From NCBI GenBank assembly GCA_014905635.1, contig JABVCE010000012.1, positions 744,001-808,000 of the forward strand: a stretch of DNA of 64,000 bases. Direction: 5' to 3'. Numbering within the stretch: position 1 is the stretch's first letter; every line of letters starts with the position of its first letter. The stretch is from Scenedesmus sp. PABB004 (taxonomy: Eukaryota). Made by a program: the position numbers and the translations under genes. Of the stretch, positions 37,291 through 47,171 are shown in pieces. The notes under the pieces were generated by a model. That model did no database searches. It saw nothing but the letters and a program-made list of their open reading frames with translations, and was not told the origin of the DNA.

Positions 37291-38750
37291 ATGGGGACCT
37301 TTGAGGTGCGCGGCGGCGGCGCTGCCGCAGCGTGATGGCGCTCGAACGCTGCCCTGCCCACGCAGCACGCGCCCGTCGGCAGGGCCTGCGCTTCTTCGTG
37401 GACCTCGACGGCTGCGACGACGCCGTCCTCCCGCACCTGCGGGACGCCGTCGGTGCGCCGGCGGCGCGCGGCAGCAGCGGCGGAGCGTGCAGCAACCGCT
37501 CGCGGCGGCAGCAGCCGCCCGCTTGCGGCGTGCACAGCTCCCTCCTGCCGGCAGCATAGCCGGCCCCGCGCGGCGCGCGGCGCGCGGCCGCCGCGCGCTC
37601 GCCCAGCGCGCGCAGCGCGCCAGGCGCTGCGGCGCCCTGGCGCCCGCCTCCAGGGCCGCGGAGCTCTCACGCGCGCCGTCGCCGGGCCGCGCCCGTGACA
37701 CGCGCACGCAGGCCGGGAGGGCGGGCGGCTGGTGAGCGACGTGCACGACGCCAGCCACGCGGTGCTGCGCCACACGCAGCAGCCCGCGGCGCAGGCGGCG
37801 CAGGCGGCCGGCGCTGCGTGCGTCGCGCCGGAGTGGGTGCTGCTCTCGGCGACGCGGCAGCAGCTGCAGCCGCAGGTGCGGCAGCGCCGCGCGCCGCGCG
37901 CCGCGCGCCGCACGCGGGCAGGCCGCCGCGCGCGCGCGCGCGCCAGACGCGCCGCCCGCCTCGCCCCGCGCGTGCGGCCCGCCACCGCCGCGCGCAGACG
38001 GGCGGGCTGCACCCGGGCGCGGCCATCCCTGGCTTTGCCCAGCACGTGAAGCGCGTGACACTCAGCGGCATCACGGTGCGCCGCGCGTGCCGCTGCCGCC
38101 GCTGCGCGCCGCCCCGCCGAGCTCGCCGCGCCGAGCTCGCCCCGCCGCGCCGGCCGCGCGCGCGCGCGCAGGGCCTCGACCGCGCGCTTGTGTGCTACAG
38201 GGTGCGGTGCACCGGCGCGGCGTTCTCGCCCGACATGCCCTCGCGTCCACCAGCCACGTCATCGCCGCGCCCGCGGCGTGCGCGCCGGAGCCGTCCGTCA
38301 AGATCCAGCAGGCGGCCAAGTGCGGCCGCCCCCGCGCCGCGCCCGCGCCGCGGCGGGGGCGAGGGTCGAGCGCCGCGCGAGCGCCGCGCCCACGCCGCCG
38401 CCGCCGCGGGCCCGCCGCAGGTTTGGCCTGCACGTGGTGGGGAGCCAGTGGCTGGACGACTGCCTCGCCGCATGGGCGCACGTGCCTGAGGATCGCTACG
38501 CCCTGCACGTGCCTGGCGTGAGCCAGGCCTCGGCGGCGCGCCCGGCCGCCGGCCCGGCGCCCAGCCAGAACGGCGGCGCGCCGCCGCAGCCGCCCGCGGC
38601 GGCGCCGGGGCCCAGCCCCGAGCACGGCGGGGCGCTCGCGACGCCGTCGCTGCTGCCCAGCTCGGTGCAGTCGTCGCTGCTGCACCCGTCGCAGGCGCAG
38701 CCACCGGCGCCGCCGCAGCAGCACCACCACCTGCACTCGCAGCAGGTGAC

Positions 38751-38785
<35 letters not shown>

Positions 38786-41700
38786 TGGCGCAGCTGCCGG
38801 CGCTGACGCCGGTGCCGGAGGAGGCTGCCGCTGCAGACGCCGGCGGCGAGCACGACGGCAGCAGCGACAGCACCGTGGCCAGCGAGCCCGAGGACGGCAA
38901 GGGCGGCGACGCCGACTCGCAGGTGACGCCGCGCCGCTGGCTCACGGGCTTCTGTCGCTCGCTCGCTGACCCGCCCCGCGCCGCCGCCGCCGCCGCCCCG
39001 CCAGGAGGCGCCCCGCCCCGCGGCGCCAGCAGCAGCGGCAGCAGGCCCCGGCAGGGGCGCCGCCCTGGGCGTCGGCTCGCTGGCGGCAACGCTCGACGCC
39101 GCGGCAGCGCACGCGGCGGCCGAGCCAGGCGCGGTGCCGGCGACGCTGGCGCCGCCCGGCAGCGCGCTGGTGATGACGCTGGCGCCGCCCGGCAGCACGC
39201 TGGTGATGACGCTGGAGGCGGGGCCGCAGCCGGCCGCCAGCGAGCCGCCGGGCGGCAGCGCAGTCCCGGTGGCGCCGGCGCCTGGCGTGGTCGGCGGTGG
39301 CGGGAGCCCGGGGGCCGCTCCCGCCAGCCCCGCCAGCCCGCGGGCTGCCTCGCCGCCCGCGCCCGCCAGCCCCGGCGCCAGCGCGCCGGCCGCCAGCGAG
39401 AGCTGCGACCCGACCGAGGCGGGCGACGACGACGACGACGCGGGCGGCCACGAGGACAGCGCCCGGGGGGCGCTGACCTCGCCGCCGCCGGCCGGGCCGG
39501 CCCCAGCGGCGGCGGTGCCAGCGCGGGCGCCGAGGAGGCAGGCGAGGAGGCAGGCGAGGAGGTGGTGGACACGGAGGACGTGGAGGAGGCAATCACCCTG
39601 GTCAGCCAGGCGGCGGCCGCGCACGCCACGCCGGGCGGCGTCACGCCGGGCGGCGCCTCGCCGGTCGGGGCCACGCCGAGCGGCGCGACGCCTGGCGGCG
39701 CCATGCCGGGCGGCGGCACGCCGAGCGGCGTCACGCCGGGCGGCGCCACGCCGGGCGGCGCCTCGCCAGCGGTGCATCAGGCCTGCGGTGCCCAGGAGGT
39801 GCCTGCAGCGGCGACGCCCGCCCCGGCGGCCAGCCCCGCGCTGCCGGGCGAGGCGGCGGCGCCAGCGGCGGTCAGCCCCGCGCTGGGCGCTCGCGCCGAC
39901 CCGGCAGACACAGAGCAGCTCGAGGCCCCGGCGGGGGGCGGCAGCCCCGGCAGCGACGTGGCCGCCCCGGAGGCGGCGGCTGCGGAGCCCGCGGCGCTAG
40001 GGGCCGCACCCTCCGCGCGGCCCCGCGTGTCGTGGGCGGTGGGGCCGGCGCCGGCGCAGGGCGAGGAGGAGTCGGCCGCGCCGCCGGCGCTCGGCCAGCT
40101 GCGCGAGGCGGCGGCGGCCGGCGCAGGCGGCGTGCTGGGCGGCCTGCCGTCGGGGTCGCTCGCTGGCAGCCTTGACATCAAGGGCACAGAGTTCCAGGCC
40201 GGCGGAGGCATGACGCAGGCGGTGCGACGCACTGGCGCGCTCGCCCGGGGCGCCGCGGCGCCCGCGCTGCCGTTGCCTGCCGCGCGCGCACTCAGCGCCT
40301 GCGCCGCGCCGCGCTGCAGGTCGCGGCAGCTGACGTGGTCGTCGGCGACCTGCTTGCGGGGCTGGGCGGGTCGGACAACGACAGCGCTGGCGGCGGCGGC
40401 GGCGGTCACGGCGGCCTCATGGCCATGCTGGGCATGGCGCCGGCGGGCCGCGGGCCGGTGGCCAGCGGCAGCTCGCCCGCGGGCCTGGCCGCGGCGGCGG
40501 CAGCGCAGGGCGCCAGCGGCGGGGGCGTCTCCGGCGGCGGCGCGTCCGGGGGCAGCGCGGGCCAGCTGGGCGCCGCCGGCTTCAAGCTGCCCGGCCTCAG
40601 CCGGCGCGCGCGTGCGACGCCCACCCACGGCGCGGTCGGCCCCGACGCCGGCGCGCCCCCCGCGAGCGACGCGCCGGGCAGCGCGCCCGCTGCGCCGGCG
40701 AGCGGCGGGGCCCCCGCGCCCGCAGAGCACGCCGCCACGCCCGGCGCGGCGGCGGCCGCCGCCGCGAGCGGCGGCCGGCGGCGGCGGTCGTCTGGCAGCG
40801 CCGACATGGCCGCCGCCGCCGCGCGGCTGGCAGAGGGCCTCGTTCCCCACGCCGCGTCGCTACAAAGCACGCCGTCGCCCGCGGCGGGCGCCGAGGACGG
40901 CGCGGCCGCAGCGCCCAGGGACGGCTCGCCGGAGGCGGCCGGCGCGGCGCCCGCCGGCGGCAGGGGCCGGGGTCGTGGGCGCGGCCGGGGGCGCGGCCGG
41001 GGGCGCAAGCCGGCCTCCACCTCGCCGCGGGTGGCCGGTTTGGACCTCACGGAGCGGCAGCCGGAGGACGTGGCAGCGCAGCACCAGCGCGCGGCGCGGC
41101 TCGCGGCCGCGGCCGTGGCGAGCGAGGCGGGCAGCGAGGAGCCGCGGCGCGCGGGGCTGCTGGCGGCGCTCACGGCGGCCGGGCCAGGCGAGCGCAGGCC
41201 GCCGCGCGGCGGCAGCAGGAAGGGCAGCGAGGAGCCCACGCTCGAGCCGGAGCGCGAGGCGGCGCCGGCGGTGCAGCAGGCGGAGGCCGACGCCGCCCGG
41301 CCGGCTGCGCCGCCGGCGGCCACCCCGGCGCTGGTGGCCAAGCGCCGCAAGCGGCAGCAGGAGCACCAGGAGCAGCAGGAGGCGGCGCACGGCGGCCGGC
41401 AGCAGCGGCGGCGCGGCGCGCACCGCGGCCGGGCCGCGTCGGCGGAGCCGGACGCTGAGGTGGCTGAGCAGGCCGGTGACGGTGAGGCGGGCGAGGAGCA
41501 GCAGGCGGACGAGCAGGAGGCGCCCATGGACATCGACGATGCGGCGCACGAGGGCGCCGCCGAGCCTGCGCCGCCCGCAAAGCCATCGGGCCTTGGCGGC
41601 GGCCGGCGCAAGCGCGGCAGGGACTCGGCGGTGGCCGCGGCTGCGGCCCCCGCCGCAGCGGTGGAGGCGCCGGACGCGGCCGCCGTGCCCGCGCAGACGG

Positions 41701-43638
41701 GCGCAGCGCGCGGCAGGCGCAGCGCTGGCGCCGCTGCCACCCCGGCGGGCAGCGGGCCCGCGAGCGGCCGCAAGCGCGGCCGCGCGGCGGCGGAGCCCGC
41801 CGAGGAGGCAGCAGTGACGCCGGCGGCGGCAGCCGGCGGTGAGGCGCGCAGCGCCAAGCGCGGCCGCAAGTCGGTGACGTTCGCTGGGGAGACGCCGGCG
41901 GCCTCCGGCGAGGGCGGCGGCGAGGCGGCCGCCGCGCCCGCGGGGGAGACGCGTGGCGGCCGGCGCGGCCGCGCGTCCGGCCCGCCGACGCCTGCGGCGG
42001 CGGCGGGCGACGCTGCCGGCGGCGCAGCGGGGAGCGAGGCAGGGCCGAGCGAGCAGCCGGCGCCGTCAGCAAAGAAGGCCAAGGGCCTGCAGGGCGGCGT
42101 CGGGGCCCGGCGCGCCAGCAGGCGGCAGCAAGCCGAGGAGCAGCCGGCGGACGCGGACGAGCCCGGGCCGCCGGAGCAGCAGGAGGGAGCAGACGCGCCC
42201 GCCGGCGGCCGCAGGGCCAAGCAGCAGCAGCAGCAGCCCGCGCCGCAGCGGGGTCGCGGCCGGCCGCGCAAGCAGGCGGCGGAGGCGCAGGCAGAGGACA
42301 GGGAAGAGGAGGAGGGTGCGGCGGCGCAGGAGGCTGAGGCTGAGCCGCAGCCCGCCAAGGCGCGCGGGCGCCCGCCCAAGCGCGCCGCGGCAGCGGCGGA
42401 GGCCCAGGAGGCGCCCGCAGCGCCGGCGCGGCGCGGCAGCAAGCGGCAGCAGCCGGCCTCGCCGTCGGCGTCGGCCTCGGACGGCGAGGCGGCGGACGCG
42501 CAGGACGGCGACGGCGCCGCGGCGGGCGCGGCGGGCGACGTCGTTGTCGCCCTGAGCGGCATGCACAGCGATGCGCGCGCGCGCCACGCCGCCGCGCTGC
42601 GCCGCCTGCGCGTGCGCTGCCAGCCGACGAGCCACAGCTGGCAGCCCGGCACGAGCCACGTCGTGCTGCCGCGCCTGAAGCGCAGCGAGAAGACCCTCGC
42701 CGCGATGGCGGCCGGCGCGTGGCTGCTCGGTGAGGCCTGGCTCGACGGCAGCGCGGCGGCGGGGCAGCTGCTGGCGCCCGAGGTGCACGAGCTGGAGGAG
42801 TGCGAGGGCGGCGCCATCAGCGACGGTGCGCCGCCGCGGCCGCTGCTGCGGCGCAGCCGGCGGGAGCAGGGGCGCGAGCGGCACCCGGCGCGCCCGCGCC
42901 CACGCGCCGCCGCTGCCGCGCGCCGCGCCGCAGGCGCGCCGGCGCACTGGCGCACGCGGCGCGAGGCGCTGGAGGCGGCCGGCGCGGAGGGCGGCGGTGG
43001 CGCGGCTGGTGGGGGCACGGGCGCGTTTGAGGGCGTGCGGGCTGTCTTCTATGGCACCAGCGAGTCGCCGCCGCTCGACAGCCTCGCGCGCGTGCTCAAG
43101 GCCGGCGGCGGGCAGCTGCTCAAGCGCGGCCCGCCGTTTGCGCCCGTGCTGCCCGCGCCGCCGCCGGCGGCGGCGGCGGCCGCCGCGCGAAGGGCGGCGG
43201 CAAGGCGCGCGGGGGCGGCGCCGCGGCGGGCGCCGCAGCTGCCGCCGCGGCGGCCGCGGCCGCTGCGGCGGAGGGCCGCGCCAACCTTGCCATCATCGGG
43301 GCGGACAAGGCCGGCGACGCGGACGAGCGGTGCGCCTGCGCCGGCGCCGCGGCGCGGCGCCGCGCAGCGTCGGCCCCAGGAGGCCGACCCGCCGACCCGT
43401 CGCGCGCCGCGCCGCCGCGCGCGCGCCGCCGCGCAGGTGGGTGTCGTCGCTGCTGGAGGCGGGCGTGATGTGCGTCGCGCCGCAGTACCTCGTGGACTGG
43501 CTCGCGCACCCCTGGCAGCCGCTCGATGGCCACCGCCTCTTTGGCTGCGCGCTGCAGCCCGGCAGCGAGCTCGCAGGCCTCGAGGAGGGGCGGCGGCGCA
43601 TCGCCGGCGAGCAGCAGCAGGTGTCGGAGTCGTTTTGA
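37291..43638 (+). CDS. Four-BRCT DNA-damage scaffold protein (At4g02110/BCP1-like) with AT-hook motifs
   Basis: N-terminal BRCT pair (CVAPEWV; SHVIAA...KIQQAAK|FGLHVVGSQWLDDCLAAW). C-terminal tandem BRCT (SHVVLPRLKRSEKTLAAMAAGAWLL...APAHWR...GAFEGVRAVFYG...LDSLARVLKAGGG...CVAPQYLVDWL...LDGHRL). AT-hooks RGRGRPRK and RGRPPKR. Several frameshifts. Confidence 0.85.
39625..39768 (+). repeat. 15-bp coding repeat, (A/V/G)-T/S-P-G/S-G x ~9
   Basis: Translates as ATPGG VTPGG ASPVG ATPSG ATPGG AMPGG GTPSG VTPGG ATPGG ASP. Confidence 0.85.
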
Positions 43639-43958
43639 GACGCCGCGCGCGCGTCGAGCGGGCGGGGCTCGGGCTGGGGCCACTGGCGGCGGCGGCGGCG
43701 GTCGTTGCAACGCAGCCCGCCCCGCAGTCGGCAACTCACGCCCGCCTCGGCCGACCCGCGCGTGCAAGGGCAGGCCCCTGGACAGCGCGCGGCCGAGCGC
43801 TAGTGCAATCGCTCCGCCCCACCACTTATTCTCGCGGCGCCAGCGGCGCCGGCGTCGGCCAGCACCGCGCACACGACGCGCGCGGGCGCGCCCGTCTCAG
43901 CCCGTCTCGGCCCGCCTCAGCCCGCCAGCCATGGCCCGCTGAGCACGCGCCCGCCGCC

Positions 43959-45911
43959 TCACTTGCGGCCGAGCGCGGCGACCGCGGCCTTGTGGCCCTG
44001 CCCCACCGCGGCGACCTTGGCCTGGTGCGCGGCGGCGGCCTGCGCGACCGTGGCCTGCGCCGCGTCCACGGCGGCCTGGTGCGCGGCGGCGGCCTGCGCG
44101 ACGACGGCCTGCGCCGCATCAACCTTGGCCTGGTGCGCGGCCACGGCCTGCACTACCGCGGCCTGTGCCGCGTCCACGGCAGCCACGTGCGCGGCGGCGG
44201 CCTGCGCGAAGACGGCCTGCACCGCGGCGACCTTGGCCTGCACGGCGTCCGCAATGGCGGCGTGCACGCCGCCGCCGCCGGCGGGGCTGGCACCCTTGGC
44301 GGCCGGGGCGCTGGCCGCGCCGCCGGCCCCCTTGCCGACGCTGACGGCGGTGAAGGGCGCGCTCACGTCGACAGCGGTCTGCGCGAGCCTGGCGGCGCGG
44401 CGGCGGCGCGGGGCGTGCGAGCAGAGTCAGCGGCGGCGCGCCGCCTGCAGCCGCCCCCGCGCCCGGCGCGGCGACCGCCGCCGCGGCACCACAGAGGCGC
44501 GCACCTGCGGCCGGAGGCCCAGGGGTGGCTGCTGACCGCTGCCGCCGCGAACGGGTGGCTCAGGGCCCACAGGGCCAGGAGCGGGTGGCCCACGCCGAGC
44601 TTGCCGGCGGCGGGCGCGGGGCTCGCCGTGGGCGCGGGCGAGGGGCTGCCAGCGCCGGCGCCGCCGACGTTGACGGAGGTGCCGGGAGCGGTCACAGAGA
44701 CGGCGGGCGCGGGGCTCTCCTCGGGCGCGGGGCTCTCCTCGGGCGCGGGCGAGGGGCTGCCGGCGCCGCCGACGTTGACGGCGGTGCCGGGCGCGGTCAC
44801 GGAGACGCCCGGCGACGGGCTGCCAGCGCCGCCGACGTCGACGGCCGTGCCGGGCGCGCGCACGGAGACGGCGGGCGAGGGCTTGCCGCCGCTGGGGCAG
44901 CTGCCGGAGCGCGCGGCGGTGGGGATGTCACACTTGTTCAGCCTGCGGGGCGGCAGAGCAGCGCGCGGCGGCGTGTGGAGTCAGCAGACGGTCAGCAGAG
45001 CGCGGACCGGGAGGCGCGCGCGCTGCGAGCGCCGCGCGCAGCCAGCCGCCCAGCGCGCCCGGCCGGCGCACGCACACGTCTTGCACGCTGGCGCGCGTGA
45101 CGCCGGCGCCGCGGGCGAGCTGGCGCACGCGGCGCGGCGGGGCGGCGTGGGCGCGGCTCAGCGGGCGCGCGGGCTGCGCGCGCGCAGCGCGCGGCGGGCG
45201 CCGGGCTGGGGGCCTGACCGTCCCCAGGGGGGGGGGGGGGGGGGGCAGCGGCCGGCTCACCGCGTTCTGCTCGAGCCCGGACAGCGTGGCCTCCAGCACG
45301 TCAGCGTTGCACAGGCCTGCGCGCACGCGGCGGCGGCGGTCGGCGGGCTGAGGCCGCACGGACGCGGCGCGGCCCGGACCCCCCGCCGGCACGCCTCCGC
45401 CGCCGCCGGCTGGCGGCGCCGCGTGTGCGCGCGCGCGCTCACAGCCGGCGAGCTGGCCGGAGCCGGGGAAGTCCAGCAGGCCGTTCGCCGCCGAGCAGCA
45501 CGCCGCGGACGGGCCGCCCTGGCACGCCGACAGCTGCGAGAGCAGGCCGGTCTGGCCGATGGAGTTCACGCGGCGCTGGCACTCCTGGGAGGACGGCAGG
45601 CCCTGGGAGGTGGCGCCTGCGCGCGCACGCGCGCGCGCGTGCGGCCGGCCGCAGCGGAGCGGTCGCAGGAGGGCCGCCGCAGGAGGGCCGCCGCGGCCGC
45701 GCCGGGCGCCGGCGCGGGCCGCGCGGTCCCTTGGAGGCGCCGGGGACCGCAATGCGCGTACTGGGCGGCACGCCCGGCGCCCCGCGACTGCGGACGCGCC
45801 AGGCCGGCCCCGAGAGCGCCCGCCAACGCCAGGCGCCCTGCCCGCGCCGCTGGCGCGCTGATCACCTGCCAGCGCCGCGCAGACGAGCAAGATAAGCAGG
45901 AGGAGCTTCAT
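43959..45911 (-). CDS. Secreted eight-cysteine-motif (nsLTP/prolamin-like) protein with Ser/Pro-rich linker and His/Ala repeat tail (6 exons)
   Basis: Signal peptide MKLLLLILLVCAALAG. Spliced Cys pattern C-X18-C-X7-CC-X17-CLC-X34-C-X10-C, followed by SPSP/VSVTAPGTxVNV repeats, GRRLAQ and 18-aa repeats. All five GT-AG introns are phase-compatible. Confidence 0.8.
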
Positions 45912-46007
45912 GGCGGCGAGCGGGCGCGAGCGGGTGGCGCGCGGGGCGGGGACGGGCGGGTGCGGGCGCGCGCGGGCGGGGACGTGGCGAGAGGGCTGCT
46001 GGTCGCT

Positions 46008-46973
46008 GCGGGGCGCGGAGGCGGCTCGGGGGCGCGATCGTGACCCGGGCGCTGAGCCCCAGCGCGCGGCACCCGCTGCCGGCCGGGCGCTGACGGCCGG
46101 GACCTCCCGGCACCCGGGGCAGCCCGGGCGCGCGCTCAGCGCCGGGACGCGACGCCACACGCTCGCGCCGCGACCGCGCCGGTGCGCCGCCGGGCGCCGA
46201 GGTCGGCGGCGGCCGCGCCGGTCCGCGTGCCGGCGCGCGGCGGCGCTCCCGGCGGCCGGCCGCCCGCGGCCGCGCTCCCAACCCGCGCCGGGCCTCCCAA
46301 CGCCAGCGCGTGCAGGCTGGCAGGCCGCGCACCCAGCCGCCACGCGTGCCCCGACACCTGGGCGCCGCGGGGCCGGCAGCGCGCGCACGCGGGGCGCTGC
46401 CGGCAGCCCGCACGGGCGCAGCGTCAGCCGGGCCAGTGCCGCGCCGTGATTAGGCAGCCGCTGCGGCGCACGCGGCCCCCGCGGCGCATCGCCTGCCAGC
46501 AGGCAGCCGCCCGCGCGGAGCTGCGGGACTGCACGCGCTGCGGGACTCGACGCGGGCCCTGGCGGCGCCGGGTGACCAGTGGGTTGACGGTGCTGCCGGC
46601 CCAGCTCCGCCTCCCGCGCCAGCCGCGTCGCGGCTCCTGCCGCCGCGCCGTCGCACCCGCCACACGCCGCCCCGCCCGCAGCCGACAGCGCACACCGCCC
46701 GCGCCGCGCATCGCCGCACGCAGACCACCGCGCAATGGCCCGCCTCACCGCTCTCACGGCCGTCCTGGCCGCGCTGGTGCTCGCCCAGGTGAGGAAGCCA
46801 GCCCCGGCGCTGCGATCGCGGCCGGCCCTGCGCTGGCTTGGGGCGCGTGCAGCGCGGGCGGCGGTCGTGGCGGTGATGCAGATGACCGGCACCTCCGCTC
46901 AGCCCCCGGCTCGCCTGCACCGCGCCGCCGGGCGCGACCGCGCGCGCGCCGCGCGGCGCAGCGCCGGGCGCGC
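46008..46973. repeat. Copy 2 of the ~1 kb inverted duplication
   Basis: Reverse complement of 35776-36869, minus one 125-bp unit. Confidence 0.93.
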
Positions 46974-47097
46974 CGCCGGCTCCCCGAGCGCCGCCGGCGC
47001 GCCGCTGCCGCGGCCGCTGCCGCGCTCGCTCCGTCGCGCGCCGCAGTTCGCAACCGAACCGCCTGAACCGCCGCAACCGCCGCGACTCGATCGATAA
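46735..47097 (+). pseudogene. Truncated paralogue of the FN3 gene (signal-peptide exon plus chimeric intron)
   Basis: Exon encodes the same MARLTALTAVLAALVLAQ peptide followed by GTGAG. Intron-1 sequence joins intron-2-like sequence near 46970, so exon 2 is missing. Acceptor at 47046, stop at 47097. Confidence 0.7.
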
Positions 47098-47171
47098 TCC
47101 CGGCACGCCCCGGTGCCCAGCATCGCACTGCGGGCCCCTCAGTGATCGCGTCTCGCCCTTGACCTGCGCCC

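Noticed and set aside
35776..46973. Inverted repeats as transposon TIRs (Mutator/foldback-like)
   Set aside because: The arms consist of host exon, intron and promoter sequence. No transposase and no clear target-site duplication were seen.
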